Shown here piece by piece: positions 39,191-49,438 of a stretch of DNA of 64,000 bases. Where the stretch lies: positions 2,865,687-2,929,686 of the forward strand of contig OZ241874.1 of NCBI GenBank assembly GCA_965203305.1. The letters are read 5' to 3'. The translations under genes were made by a program, and so were the position numbers. The stretch comes from Rhodothermales bacterium (GTDB taxonomy: Bacteria; Bacteroidota; Rhodothermia; Rhodothermales; Bin80). Under the pieces are notes generated by a model that searched no databases, was not told where the DNA came from, and saw only the letters and a program-made list of their open reading frames with translations. Each line of letters begins with the position of its first letter. The first letter of the stretch is position 1.

Positions 39191-40321
39191 ACCACAGCCC
39201 AGGCACACAAACTTGCGCAATGTGACCCGGCTGTTCCTGTCTACATGTCCGCACAGACTGCAGGTCTGGCTGGTGTACGCTGCCACCACATAGAGAACGA
39301 GAACGCACTTGTACCCCAGCATCTGTACCAGCTGGGCGGGGGCTCCTTCCAGCAAAACCCGGTTCAGCCCCGTTTTCTGCCGGACATTCGTGCCCGGATT
39401 CTCTATCGTTCCCCCGGCAGATCCGGTCATTCCCTTGATGGACAGCTTCTCCACTTTTACCGTGGATGCCTTCTCCGCAATCCGGGCACTGTTCTGATGG
39501 TTCCGGTTGTGCCGGCAGTTCGCCTCTTTTCTGCTGAGCCTGGCAATCTGCTGTTGCGTCTTCTTTGCCCGGTTCGACGTCTCTGTGCGTCCGTCCTTCT
39601 CCTGCCGGTCCAGTTGCCCGGCCAGCTTCCGCTGCTTGCGCTTTTTCCTGGTCTCATAGACCGGGTTGGTGGGATGATCCAGCACCTCATCCGGCGTGTC
39701 ATCCGAGTAGGCCACCGCGATCATGCCACTGGTGTTCCGGTCAATCCCCGCCGTGACTCCATTGTCCACCCGCACCCGCTCGTCAATCTCATAGGTCACC
39801 GAGACATACCAGTTCTTCCCCTGCTTGTAGACGCGGGCCTGTTTCGGGACTCCATCGGGATACGGATTCTCACCCCGTCGACGGAGCCGCACCTTCCCGA
39901 CTCTGGGGATGTGAATCTTCCCGGCCGCAATCCTGACGTGATCGGGAATTGTGAAGGAGGGAGTCGTTTTATGCTTGGCCTTAAACCGGGGCTTGCCGGC
40001 CGGGCTATCAAAGGAGTTCTTGAAAGCCTGGGACAGATGTTTTAGCGTATGGCGAACACAGGCACAGGAGTATTCCTGCAGCCACGCATACTCTGGATCG
40101 TTGCGCAACTGCGTAAACTCGCTGGAGAGATCCTCGTACCTTATGGACGGAGTCGGGGTGCCGTTCGCCTGCGACTCCGCATATTCTTTCTGGTTCCTGG
40201 CAAGGAAGAAATTCCAGACGAAGCGGCAGGCCCCGCACATCCCATGGAGCTGGTGTTCCTGCTCCTCATCGGGAAGCATACGGTAGGTGATGCCGCGATA
40301 GGTCTTGCCTGCCTTTGCCAT
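39053..40321 (-). CDS. tnpB: TnpB (second, diverged copy)
   Basis: GIDRN, VKVEKLSIKGM, CSLCGH..CLGCGY, and HADLNAAANI are all present. It shares the N-terminus MAKAGKTYR.ITYR.LP and the block LNRVLLEGAP.QLVQMLGYKCVLVL.VVAAYTSQ.CS.CGH with copy 1, but is clearly diverged elsewhere. Confidence 0.9.
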   Translation of the reverse strand: MAKAGKTYRGITYRMLPDEEQEHQLHGMCGACRFVWNFFLARNQKEYAESQANGTPTPSIRYEDLSSEFTQLRNDPEYAWLQEYSCACVRHTLKHLSQAFKNSFDSPAGKPRFKAKHKTTPSFTIPDHVRIAAGKIHIPRVGKVRLRRRGENPYPDGVPKQARVYKQGKNWYVSVTYEIDERVRVDNGVTAGIDRNTSGMIAVAYSDDTPDEVLDHPTNPVYETRKKRKQRKLAGQLDRQEKDGRTETSNRAKKTQQQIARLSRKEANCRHNRNHQNSARIAEKASTVKVEKLSIKGMTGSAGGTIENPGTNVRQKTGLNRVLLEGAPAQLVQMLGYKCVLVLYVVAAYTSQTCSLCGHVDRNSRVTLRKFVCLGCGYEEHADLNAAANILRAPGHGASGRARGVPGGDPDDPSSVRVPVPS

Positions 40322-40374
40322 GGTGACGATGGAATTCCTCTGTCAACCTGCGGGCCCATAAAATGGTTCAGTCC

Positions 40375-41538
40375 TCATAGGCCCTCACGTATATGAGCCC
40401 CTTTATTTTGCAATCCATGTACAGCCCTTCCAAATAATTCAGAAGCTCGAAAAATTTCTTCTTCGGTTGTTGGACGACCGAGGCTAATTCGCAATGTCTG
40501 CCCGGCAATATCTGCCCCGACTCCCATGGCCGAGAGAACCCGACTAGGCATGCGCTGCCCCGATCCACAGGCACTTCCTGTCCCTACTGCCAAAGGCCGA
40601 ATGGACAGCAAAAGTCGCTCCACATTCAAATTCGGGAATGATATGCTGCTCGTCTGCGGAAGTCTCTCGACTTCTCTGCCATGAATTTGAATCTCGGTAT
40701 TCTCCTTCATTATGCTGTGCTCAAATCTGTCACGCAAAGCAGAAAGCCGTATTCCATCCTCCTCACACTCCAGTTTTGCCAGTCGAAAGGCTTCTCCCAT
40801 CCCGACGATGCCTGGCACATTATGGGTACCGCCACGGTGCCCCTGTTCCTGCCCTCCACCGTCTATTAGTGGGGTGTATCGAATGCGTCCTCGAACAAAT
40901 GTTGCACCTACCCCCTTGGGTCCATAGACCTTGTGCGCACAGCAAACCAGAATGTCTACATCTTCAACGGACACCGGCACCTTTCCAATTGCCTGTGTGG
41001 CATCGGTCATCAGTGGAATCCCTCGTCCCCGAACCAGCTCTGCAATCTCCGGGATCGAATTTATCACCCCTGTCTCATTATTCGCCCACATTACGCAAAC
41101 CACGATTGTATCCTCTGTCAGGCTTCGTTCCAGATCGTCAAAACCCAGAAGTCCATTTGCATCAACGGGCAAGTAGGTGACACGCCAGCCGCGCTGCTCC
41201 AGGTGCTTGCACGCGTGGGTAACAGCACTGTGCTCTGTCTGTACGGTTATGATATGCTGCCCCTGACGGCAACGGGATTCCGCCAGCCCCTTGATTGCCG
41301 CATTAATGCCCTCTGTTGCGCCGCTTGTGAATACAATTTCACTGGGGCGGGATGCACCAAGACACTCAGCCACTTCTATGCGTGCTTTCTCAACCGCGGC
41401 ACTTGCTGTCCACCCGTACATATGTGCCTGACTGGATGGATTGCCATAATGCTCTGTGAAATAGGGCAACATCTTTTCCATGACACGGGGATCCACCGGT
41501 GTCGTGGCATTGTAATCCAGATAGATCGTCTCAGCCAT
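40375..41538 (-). CDS. Cysteine desulfurase (NifS/IscS-like, class V aminotransferase), with a 3' end rebuilt by the tnpB element
   Basis: IYLDYNATTPVDPRV, GNPSS.H, FTSGATEGIN, HKVYGPKGVGA (PLP Lys), and GTGSACGSG (catalytic Cys loop). The last 8 codons (GAHIREGL) and the stop are encoded by the element terminus at 40375-40401. Confidence 0.9.
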   Translation of the reverse strand: MAETIYLDYNATTPVDPRVMEKMLPYFTEHYGNPSSQAHMYGWTASAAVEKARIEVAECLGASRPSEIVFTSGATEGINAAIKGLAESRCRQGQHIITVQTEHSAVTHACKHLEQRGWRVTYLPVDANGLLGFDDLERSLTEDTIVVCVMWANNETGVINSIPEIAELVRGRGIPLMTDATQAIGKVPVSVEDVDILVCCAHKVYGPKGVGATFVRGRIRYTPLIDGGGQEQGHRGGTHNVPGIVGMGEAFRLAKLECEEDGIRLSALRDRFEHSIMKENTEIQIHGREVERLPQTSSISFPNLNVERLLLSIRPLAVGTGSACGSGQRMPSRVLSAMGVGADIAGQTLRISLGRPTTEEEIFRASELFGRAVHGLQNKGAHIREGL

Positions 41539-41655
41539 GGCATAAAAATCGCATGGTTACTACCCTGTCTGAAAAGATGAGGTTCCAAGAGAATCTACGC
41601 AAATCTGTTCCCGCGTGGCAACCCGAAGACACATGTACGGGTACAAGTCTCCTCT

Positions 41656-41728
41656 GCCGCGTTCGTCTAGGGGTCCAGGACGCCGGCCTCTCACGCTGGT
41701 AACACGGGTTCAAATCCCGTACGCGGTA
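41656..41728 (+). tRNA. tRNA-Glu (anticodon CTC)
   Basis: Folded by hand. Acceptor stem GCCGCGT/ACGCGGT, D arm GTCT-AGGGGTCCA-GGAC, anticodon stem CCGGC/GCTGG with loop CTCTCAC, T arm ACGGG-TTCAAAT-CCCGT, discriminator A. CCA is not encoded. Confidence 0.85.
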
Positions 41729-41731
41729 CAC

Positions 41732-42415
41732 CTACTTCTTCCCCGGCAATGCCTGGGGTTCCAGCACATTGTCAATCAGTCCGTACTCCTTCGCCTCCTG
41801 GGAACCAAGCCAGTAGTCCCGGTCCGCATCTTTGGCAATCGTATCGGTGTCTTGTCCGGTATGTTGGGCCAGAATCTCGTACAGGCGTTGTTTCAGCCAC
41901 AAGATTTCCCGAGCCTGTATTTCGATATCAGACGCTTGCCCTTGCGCCCCGCCCAACGGTTGATGTAGCATGATACGGGAGTTCGGAAGCGCGGCACGAC
42001 GACCTTTGGTTCCCGCTGCCAGCAAGACTGATCCCAGAGATGCCGCCAGGCCCACACAAATGGTCGCAACCGGACAGGATACATACTGGATCGTATCATA
42101 AACACCAAGCCCGCTGTAAACCATTCCACCGGGTGAATTGATATAGATATTGATGTCCCGCTCTGGGTCTTCGCTGGTCAAATACAGAAGTTGGGCAATC
42201 GCGAGGTTTGCAACTACATCATTGATGGGGGTCCCGACAATAATGATTCGGTCTTTGAGCAGACGACTGAATATGTCATAGGCCCGCTCTCCACGGGATG
42301 TCTGTTCTACCACGATTGGGACGAGACTGCCGATGGACTGCTCCCCCAGTCCTTTTTTGCAGATGCTCTCGGACAGATGTAGGCTCTTGGAAAAACTGAT
42401 AAAATCTTGCACCAT
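41732..42415 (-). CDS. clpP: ATP-dependent Clp protease proteolytic subunit
   Basis: [39 protein letters not shown] (Ser), and IMLHQP (His). Start placed at the internal Met (42415). Confidence 0.9.
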   Translation of the reverse strand: MVQDFISFSKSLHLSESICKKGLGEQSIGSLVPIVVEQTSRGERAYDIFSRLLKDRIIIVGTPINDVVANLAIAQLLYLTSEDPERDINIYINSPGGMVYSGLGVYDTIQYVSCPVATICVGLAASLGSVLLAAGTKGRRAALPNSRIMLHQPLGGAQGQASDIEIQAREILWLKQRLYEILAQHTGQDTDTIAKDADRDYWLGSQEAKEYGLIDNVLEPQALPGKK

Positions 42416-42452
42416 TTTAATCACAGTGATGTGGTTTTGTAGATCCGTGGTA

Positions 42453-43736
42453 TCATCTTTTGGGAGATTCTGGATCATGCTCTGCCATCAGGGCAAACAT
42501 GTCCCAACCAGACAGGGGAATATGCCTGATCTCAAACATTTCCAGCAACCGGCCAATGATCTTTTCCTCCAGAAGATCTATGTTCTCTTCACTTGACGTT
42601 GGGTATGTGGACTTTTCGGAAAAACCTTCGCCCAACTGTCCTCTGATGCCTCTGAAAAGAAGTTCCCAACATAGTTGCCTATTGATTGGCTTCGCCTTGT
42701 CATTTTCTCCAACAATAATGCTTGGGGAAACATCCATTTCCTCCTCTGAAAATTTATTTGACAGTGCCAGAGGAATCGAAAAGGGATGTAAATCCAGCAT
42801 GCGCTCTATCAGATATGTTTTCAGAATTTCCTGATTTATGCGCTCGAACTCTTCTGTGATTTCTGCTTGAATCCAGTTATGGAGTATTTCTGCAGACCTC
42901 ACCTCATTCTTGGTGATCTTGCTAGCCCACTCATCATTAATTTCTGGAAAGTCAAAACGATGGGCCTCCAAAATCTTGACACGATAATCCAGTTCTTGCA
43001 ATTCGACCTGAATGGATGATGTATCTCTATCCGCATCAATCTTGTCAATAAGTACTTCATCCCCAACGACACATCCCATAAATGCCTCTGCGTACTCACT
43101 GTATCCGTCTATACCGGAGTACCTGAAATGACCGTAATCAAACACTCGTACTGCAGCTTCAGTATCCCGACCAATCAGCACGCGCCCCGTATTCCGATCA
43201 ACTTCGACCAGTTCATACGTTACACGATCAAGTGCCCCATCACGTCCTCTGCCAATTCGTTCCATGTTGTTCAGGGGTCTGGGTTTCAAGTGAGCTGCCA
43301 TCCGCTTTTTGATGAAAAATTCAATCACATCATCGGTAACCTCACCAGCAGGAACCTCAAGCACTTGTCCAGAAAGGTCCTTAAGCTCTATCTCAGGAGC
43401 TACAAAAAACTCAATCTGAACCTCAAGATCTTGATCCAGCCTATAGTTTTGATGGATTATATCAGGTGACCCGAATACCTGATATTCATCGTTTCCTTCT
43501 ATCATATCTTCATATACCTCCTGGATCAAATCGCCCACTACGATATTTTCTACTTCTTTCGCATATACACGACGAATCATCTTCACAGGCACACGCCCCG
43601 GTCGAAATCCACGCAATGTCGCCATAGATTTCTGCTTCTTTAATGCCAGACGAACATCTGTTTCCAGATCCGAGGCATCAGCCTTGATCTCCAGAACGCG
43701 AACCATATCACCTGTCTTGCGCACAAGGGTCTCCAT
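42453..43736 (-). CDS. tig: Trigger factor
   Basis: The N-terminal ribosome-binding pattern ..[10 protein letters not shown].. and the tig-clpP order. Start placed at METLVRK. Confidence 0.9.
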   Translation of the reverse strand: METLVRKTGDMVRVLEIKADASDLETDVRLALKKQKSMATLRGFRPGRVPVKMIRRVYAKEVENIVVGDLIQEVYEDMIEGNDEYQVFGSPDIIHQNYRLDQDLEVQIEFFVAPEIELKDLSGQVLEVPAGEVTDDVIEFFIKKRMAAHLKPRPLNNMERIGRGRDGALDRVTYELVEVDRNTGRVLIGRDTEAAVRVFDYGHFRYSGIDGYSEYAEAFMGCVVGDEVLIDKIDADRDTSSIQVELQELDYRVKILEAHRFDFPEINDEWASKITKNEVRSAEILHNWIQAEITEEFERINQEILKTYLIERMLDLHPFSIPLALSNKFSEEEMDVSPSIIVGENDKAKPINRQLCWELLFRGIRGQLGEGFSEKSTYPTSSEENIDLLEEKIIGRLLEMFEIRHIPLSGWDMFALMAEHDPESPKR

Positions 43737-43795
43737 TTCGTTGCAAAGTGTAAATTTACGGGGAAACTGTCCAGACTGACTGAAACGCTCACCCC

Positions 43796-44308
43796 ATGCC
43801 AATTGTCCCATCAAGCCTCACATGCGGTGTCATCCCAAAAACACCGATTGGCTCACTCACGCTCATATTTTCAACTCGTGGGCTTATACGCATAGAATTC
43901 GGAAGTGCACCCGAACATGAGCCTTCTGGTGCTCCCTTTGAAAGGGCTGCAGAAGAGCTGGAGGCATATTTTTCTGGGACGCTAACCTCCTTCTCCATAG
44001 AACTTGATGCACACGGAACAAGGTTTCAGAGGCGCGTGTGGGCATTATTACAAACCATTCCTTACGGTGAAACCCGCTCGTACGGACACCTCGCCCGAGT
44101 GCTCGGTGATGCAAATTTGGCGCGTGCCGTGGGGCATGCAAACGGCTCTAATCCTATTCCCATTCTGTACCCCTGTCATCGCGTAGTTGGTTCGAATCGG
44201 CATCTCACGGGATACCGTGGGGGACTCCATCGCAAGGATATCCTTCTGCAACTGGAAGCACGGCATACAAGGCCAGAGTTATTCCGTCACCCTGTGGATC
44301 CCCTGTGA
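43796..44308 (+). CDS. ogt: Methylated-DNA--protein-cysteine methyltransferase
   Basis: FQRRVW..L..IPYGETRSYG.LA, AVG.ANG.NP, and the active site PCHRV. Confidence 0.85.
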   Translation: MPIVPSSLTCGVIPKTPIGSLTLIFSTRGLIRIEFGSAPEHEPSGAPFERAAEELEAYFSGTLTSFSIELDAHGTRFQRRVWALLQTIPYGETRSYGHLARVLGDANLARAVGHANGSNPIPILYPCHRVVGSNRHLTGYRGGLHRKDILLQLEARHTRPELFRHPVDPL

Positions 44309-44634
44309 ATGTCATTGAGAAACCCTGACTGTAACAGCCAGCCAGTATACACCGCAGAACAGCTCGTGGCAAGTATCTGATCAATGCACAGGAAGGGGAT
44401 ATTGTCGCCCGAATCCATCAACATCTGATCACCTTTCGTTCCGTTCTTAGTACAGTTTCCTACATAATTCCCTTCTCAAACATCACCTAGCTCGTACACA
44501 ATTCCTGCCGTAGCCACACGGTGAATTTGAAAATAAACCAGATCGTGGACACAATCAAGGAAGTGAAATTTTTTGAGTAAATTCCGAAAATACTCCGTGG
44601 GGTTTTCTGAGACTGCTCATGTTATAAACCACAA

Positions 44635-45255
44635 ATGAATCAAATCGTCATTCTTGGCTTGGTGCTACCCGTGATGTTCCTCACCGCAAACAGTTTTGCA
44701 CAAAGTGATCGCTCAATTGATGAACAGATAGTTGATGTGAAAATTACCCTTGAACGCAAGGATCCCATTTGCATGCTAGGCGGGATACAGAACCTTGAGT
44801 ACGGCACACTGCAAGCCCCAACCTCCGGCATAGGGACGGCTTCATTTGATCCTGCAGTCAAGGGCGGAAAACTCATGTACGAGGACAATTCCGGCAATCC
44901 TCTCACATCCAGGGGCAACCCGATAATCGGTACCATGTTTATGAGGACAGGACTGTGGACCGAGAGAATACACCCTGAAATCTTTGAGCTTAATGAGGAG
45001 GTTGTACTCCGCCGTTGCGATGGAGATTCAGACACATCTGGGGGGAGATGCTGGATTAGCTATTCGCTTGCTATAGGAGCCTCATGTGAAAAGTCTGCAG
45101 ACAATTGGGTCCGGCAGGGAATAGGCCGCTTGCCCAAATGCACGGGGATCCCTCGGACCGTATACTTCCAGATCGGCGGCGATGTCATCGTTCCCGAGAA
45201 GACACCTGCAGGAACATATGAGGGTACGCTAAACGCTATGCTCACTTGTGAGTGA
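44635..45255 (+). CDS. Secreted hypothetical protein, possibly DUF4402-like
   Basis: Signal peptide (..ANSFAQS). C-terminal IGGDVIVPEKTPAGTYEGTLNAMLTCE resembles the G..L.V......G.Y.G...V.V.Y ending of DUF4402 proteins. This is a weak, by-eye call. Confidence 0.45.
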   Translation: MNQIVILGLVLPVMFLTANSFAQSDRSIDEQIVDVKITLERKDPICMLGGIQNLEYGTLQAPTSGIGTASFDPAVKGGKLMYEDNSGNPLTSRGNPIIGTMFMRTGLWTERIHPEIFELNEEVVLRRCDGDSDTSGGRCWISYSLAIGASCEKSADNWVRQGIGRLPKCTGIPRTVYFQIGGDVIVPEKTPAGTYEGTLNAMLTCE

Positions 45256-46174
45256 GGCGTGAGCTAGATTATCGCAAGACAAGAAGGTTGTCCTGCTTTT
45301 CTGCACGGAGACCGTTTATACGACGAAGGCGGGGACTACCACAAGAGTATGAGCAGGGAGGTTACAGTTTCTCCATGCATCATCCTGATATTCCTGTAAT
45401 TCCCAAACTTTTCCACAGGCACCTCCGCTCCCCCCCTCTTTGGACGGCAGCCGAGAATGTCCCATTTGCTGCCTCCAGGCACAAAAGCACCGCCTGCTTG
45501 CATAACCGCCAAGCCATTGGCTGCTGGAAATCTGTTATATTGGCCAATCCTATCTGGTCATACAGAAAGCCGAACGCCTCATGGAATCCCATGCAGATTC
45601 GGGAGACTTCTTCCAGCTTCTGGGCATCGGCAATGGGCAGAGGGTTGCTTCCCTGCGGAGGCTTTCTTGCCTGGACGATGCGTTTGGCACGAGATTCATT
45701 CGGGTAGAGAGAGGATCTTGTCTCCTGGGCGGAGAATCTCTCGTTCCGCCAGCCGAACCAGATTTTGTACCATGGGGACAGGGGGACGCTTCCCATCGTT
45801 CGGACTACGCGCTGTCAAGAGGTTCCTTTCTAGTCGCGGTAGTACTGAGAGATCTGGACACACATAATGGAAACAGAAAATTTCTGCCCGCAAAGCACGG
45901 AAATGCAGGGTTGTAACGAAATATCAAACCAGAGCCGTCAAAATCAGGATCTCAATGCGGACACACCTGCCAGTTTCAGAAGGCTGAGTCCCGCAGACTT
46001 CTGGAATCTTCCAGACATTGGAACCTCTTGCAAAAATCGTGGATGACAGAGAAGTATTGCTCTGGAAATGCTTACAGACACATCGGATCAGGTATGAGGA
46101 TGTTTTTGCAAGAGCTTCATTGATGTATCTTGTACAACATAAATCCGTTATACCATTGCAGACCAGAGACATAT

Positions 46175-47947
46175 ATGATGCAGGATTCACAACATGAGTC
46201 AAGGCTTGGTCGGCATATCGCACAGTACCCGGAATGGGCCCAGCTGCTGGCCCGCAAGTACTTCACCAAGACTCTGATCCAGTTTATTCTTCATGGGAAT
46301 GTCCGTGACCTTGTACGATGCGAAAACCTCAAGTCGGAACAGACAGATTATGTTGGACTCGTACGTTTCTTGACAGATGAATTGTTTGCCTCCAGAGATA
46401 TCATAGTCCTGTATGACCGCGCGGCAGGGATTCATTTTCCTGACTCGGAAATGCAGCAAGATTTCAATCGTGCTGTGGCAGGACGTGACAGCCTGATCGG
46501 AACCGATTTTGCACGCAAACGTCCTCGCAATCCCTCTCAGGTGCTGTCCATCCTGGACAGTTATTTTCGCTTGCGCATCCGATCTGGAAAGAGAATTGCC
46601 TGTATTATTGACTATGCAGAAACAATCATTCCTATGGCTGAAGCCTCCATGTATTCGGCTGAAGATCGAAGTGCTCTTGTGAACTTGCAACGCTGGGCGC
46701 ATGACCCGATGTTTCTGCAACATGATTTTACGATCTGCCTGATCACAGAAAACCTCAGTGATCTGAACCAGCAGCATGTACAGAGTCCATGGACCGCTGA
46801 GATCAACATTCCCCTTCCCGAACAGGAGGAGCGTCTGGTATTCGCTCAGTGGTCCACCCGGGAGGATACTGCTCTCTTTGAAGAACACTCTGATTTAAGT
46901 CTGGCGAATTTTTCACGAAACACTTCAGGGCTCGGATATACCCAGTTGGGAACCATCCTCGCAGACACGCTGGAGAATAAGACGCGTCTCAGCTATGACA
47001 GTCTGTTACAGCGCAAGAAAACTCTGATAGAGGAGTCCGCATTTGGGATGCTGGAATTCGTAGAATCAAAACATGGACTGGATGCTGTAGCAGGGCATTC
47101 TGAGGCAAAAAATCACCTGCGCCAAGTCGCACTTGCACTGCGTCAGGGGATTCGTGATGTGATCCCGATGGGGTATCTGGTTAGCGGGCCGGTTGGAACG
47201 GGCAAAACATTCTTGATCACATGTTTTGCGAAAGAAATTGGAGTCCCAATGGTCAAACTCAAGAATTTCCGATCCCAGTGGCAAGGCCAAACAGAGGGCA
47301 ATCTGGAACGGATTCTCAACCTTCTGGAAGCCATGCCGCCGGTTGCTGTTATGATTGATGAAGCGGATGCAGCTCTGGGAAATCGGGAAGCCGAGGGAGA
47401 TTCGGGAGTCTCCAAGCGCGTGTTTGGACAGATGGCATCTTTTATGAGCAGACCGGAACACCGGGGACGAATCCTGTTCTTTCTGATCACGGCCCGCCCT
47501 GATCTGGTGCCTGTTGACCTGAAACGCCAGGGACGCGCAGAAGAGCATCTTTCACTTTTTTATCCCTCTACCAAGGAAGATCGGCTGGAACTTCTACGCG
47601 TGATGATGAAGAGGAAAGAAATTGACCTCATGGATGAGGACATCCGGCACGGTGCACTCTTGAGCGGGGAGACGATTTATAGCGGAGCGGATATGGAGGC
47701 CCTGCTCACACGTGCAAAATTTCGTGCCGCCGCAGAAAAGGGCGATCCCAGTGCCGTGACACCAGACATTCTGGATGCGGTTGTCACTGATTTTATTTCG
47801 CCTGAAAACAGCGAAGAGAAGGAGTTGCAGAAGCTGGTTGCCGTCCTGGAGAGTACAAGCAGGGAGTCTCTTCCCGAAGCCTACAGATCTCTGGATCGCG
47901 CCAAAATTTCGCAGCGCGTAAATGAACTGAAGCTGCTACTCTCGTGA
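46175..47947 (+). CDS. AAA+ ATPase with one active C-terminal AAA module
   Basis: Walker A GPVGTGKT, Walker B VMIDEAD, and second-region-of-homology-like ITARPDLVPVDLKRQGR. A long N-terminal domain has no P-loop. Confidence 0.8.
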   Translation: MMQDSQHESRLGRHIAQYPEWAQLLARKYFTKTLIQFILHGNVRDLVRCENLKSEQTDYVGLVRFLTDELFASRDIIVLYDRAAGIHFPDSEMQQDFNRAVAGRDSLIGTDFARKRPRNPSQVLSILDSYFRLRIRSGKRIACIIDYAETIIPMAEASMYSAEDRSALVNLQRWAHDPMFLQHDFTICLITENLSDLNQQHVQSPWTAEINIPLPEQEERLVFAQWSTREDTALFEEHSDLSLANFSRNTSGLGYTQLGTILADTLENKTRLSYDSLLQRKKTLIEESAFGMLEFVESKHGLDAVAGHSEAKNHLRQVALALRQGIRDVIPMGYLVSGPVGTGKTFLITCFAKEIGVPMVKLKNFRSQWQGQTEGNLERILNLLEAMPPVAVMIDEADAALGNREAEGDSGVSKRVFGQMASFMSRPEHRGRILFFLITARPDLVPVDLKRQGRAEEHLSLFYPSTKEDRLELLRVMMKRKEIDLMDEDIRHGALLSGETIYSGADMEALLTRAKFRAAAEKGDPSAVTPDILDAVVTDFISPENSEEKELQKLVAVLESTSRESLPEAYRSLDRAKISQRVNELKLLLS

Positions 47948-48024
47948 GTGCCTTCTTCCACTCGTTCCGGGCAGAGGCTTCCGTCTTCTCCCCGGTGCAC
48001 GGGTACAACGCGGAAACTTCTCCA

Positions 48025-48276
48025 TTATTCAGACCGCTCAATGGAGACCGTATAGTCTTCCATAATTGGATTGGCCAAGAGCTTCTCACAGGCGGAATCC
48101 GCAACGGATTTTGCAGATTCCGCCGTATCCGCAGAAATCTCAAGCTCTATATACTTGCCAATTCGAACAGAATTTATGTGTTCGAATCCAAGGTTCTGCA
48201 AAGCCTGCTGTGCAGCCTTGCCTTGCGGATCCAGTATCGCTGGGCGAAGTGTTATTTTAATATGCGCTTTGTACAT
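48025..48276 (-). CDS. purS: Phosphoribosylformylglycinamidine synthase subunit PurS
   Basis: 83 aa. V.I.LRPAILDPQGKA...AL..LGF......VR.GK.IEL. Confidence 0.9.
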   Translation of the reverse strand: MYKAHIKITLRPAILDPQGKAAQQALQNLGFEHINSVRIGKYIELEISADTAESAKSVADSACEKLLANPIMEDYTVSIERSE

Positions 48277-48461
48277 CCTGTGGTACTTTAGGAAATGACA
48301 ATACTGAGAAGATTATTATGTATGACCATGTTTGCCGAGGCAATCTCTTCAAAGTTACGGAAAGGTAGCCAGAGTGCCTGAATTCATCAAACAGAAACAC
48401 TGTCCCGATACACTGTTTTTCCGATTTAACCGATGGCAAACAGCCCGTTTTACCCACCTGT

Positions 48462-49385
48462 CTACTCTTCTCGCCCGGACAGTGCCATGAGAGACCGAAC
48501 AGATCGAATTGACGCATGAGCAAGTCCGATCAGGATATACACTAAAATAGTCAGAAGCAGTCCTGAATATGGGAAGATTGCCATGAATAGCACAGAAGCA
48601 ATATAGGCACCTGAAGCGACTGGATATTGACGAAGGTAATCAAAAGAAATTCTTGGAACGCCATCAAAGCGGATCATGGACACCATTAACAGGGACAGAA
48701 TCACGACAACAGGAATAAAAAATCCTGTGTCCAGAACTCCCGATTGTACGAGCCATGTTTCCTGATCAATGTTGAGCACAATAGCGACAACAAAGTACGC
48801 GTATATGGATATTGGCAACCCATCAAAATCCAGCTTTTTTTCTGGTAAAGTCTGCAGATTGAATCGTGCCAGACGTACTGCACCACACATTACAGGCAGA
48901 GTGCTGACAATAAGTCCAAAGGTTCCGCTGGACTCCAGGATTCTGGCATAAACTAGGTAGGCAGGAGCGACTCCGAAAGAGACAGCATCGCACAAGGAGT
49001 CCAGCTCTACGCCAAACTGGCTTGTCCCATGCATCAAGCGTGCCACAATTCCGTCCAGCAGATCAAAAAGTCCAGCAAAAATAATCAGATAACACGCATA
49101 CGCGAACTGCTCCTGATGTACCTGGGTGATCGCCACGAACCCGCAGAACATGTTCATAAGCGTAAAAAAAGAAGGAACCGCGACACGGACTTTGTTTCCC
49201 TGACTTGCCTCCGATACTTGTTCAGAAGAACCGGACTGAAAAGATTTTCTGCTATCATCCATGAGAATTCTCAAATAATCCGCAATCTGGCGAGCGAGGA
49301 GTGATAGGAACTCATTGCGATTTCCCGCCTTCGGGGGAATATCAGGGCGTAATCGTGAAAACCCTGAACCAAAGGATGTTGACAT
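48462..49385 (-). CDS. pssA: CDP-diacylglycerol--serine O-phosphatidyltransferase
   Basis: CDP-alcohol phosphatidyltransferase motif DLLDGIVAR....S.FG.ELDSLCD. Multiple TM segments. Adjacent to psd. Confidence 0.85.
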   Translation of the reverse strand: MSTSFGSGFSRLRPDIPPKAGNRNEFLSLLARQIADYLRILMDDSRKSFQSGSSEQVSEASQGNKVRVAVPSFFTLMNMFCGFVAITQVHQEQFAYACYLIIFAGLFDLLDGIVARLMHGTSQFGVELDSLCDAVSFGVAPAYLVYARILESSGTFGLIVSTLPVMCGAVRLARFNLQTLPEKKLDFDGLPISIYAYFVVAIVLNIDQETWLVQSGVLDTGFFIPVVVILSLLMVSMIRFDGVPRISFDYLRQYPVASGAYIASVLFMAIFPYSGLLLTILVYILIGLAHASIRSVRSLMALSGREE

Positions 49386-49438
49386 GGATTCCGCCCCGCA
49401 TACTCACAGGTGCCTGCCGTGAACAGAGATCCGAAACT

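Larger units (their letters stand above)
39027..40401 (-). mobile_element. tnpB-only element 2 (1375 bp) with 25-bp terminal inverted repeats and a degenerate 8-bp target duplication
   Basis: Terminus 39027-39051 is GGGGCTTATATACGTGAGGGCCCAT. The reverse complement of 40377-40401 is GGGGCTCATATACGTGAGGGCCTAT (23/25). The flanking 8-mers are TTTATCAT (39019-39026) and TTTATTTT (40402-40409), a 6/8 match. Confidence 0.75.
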
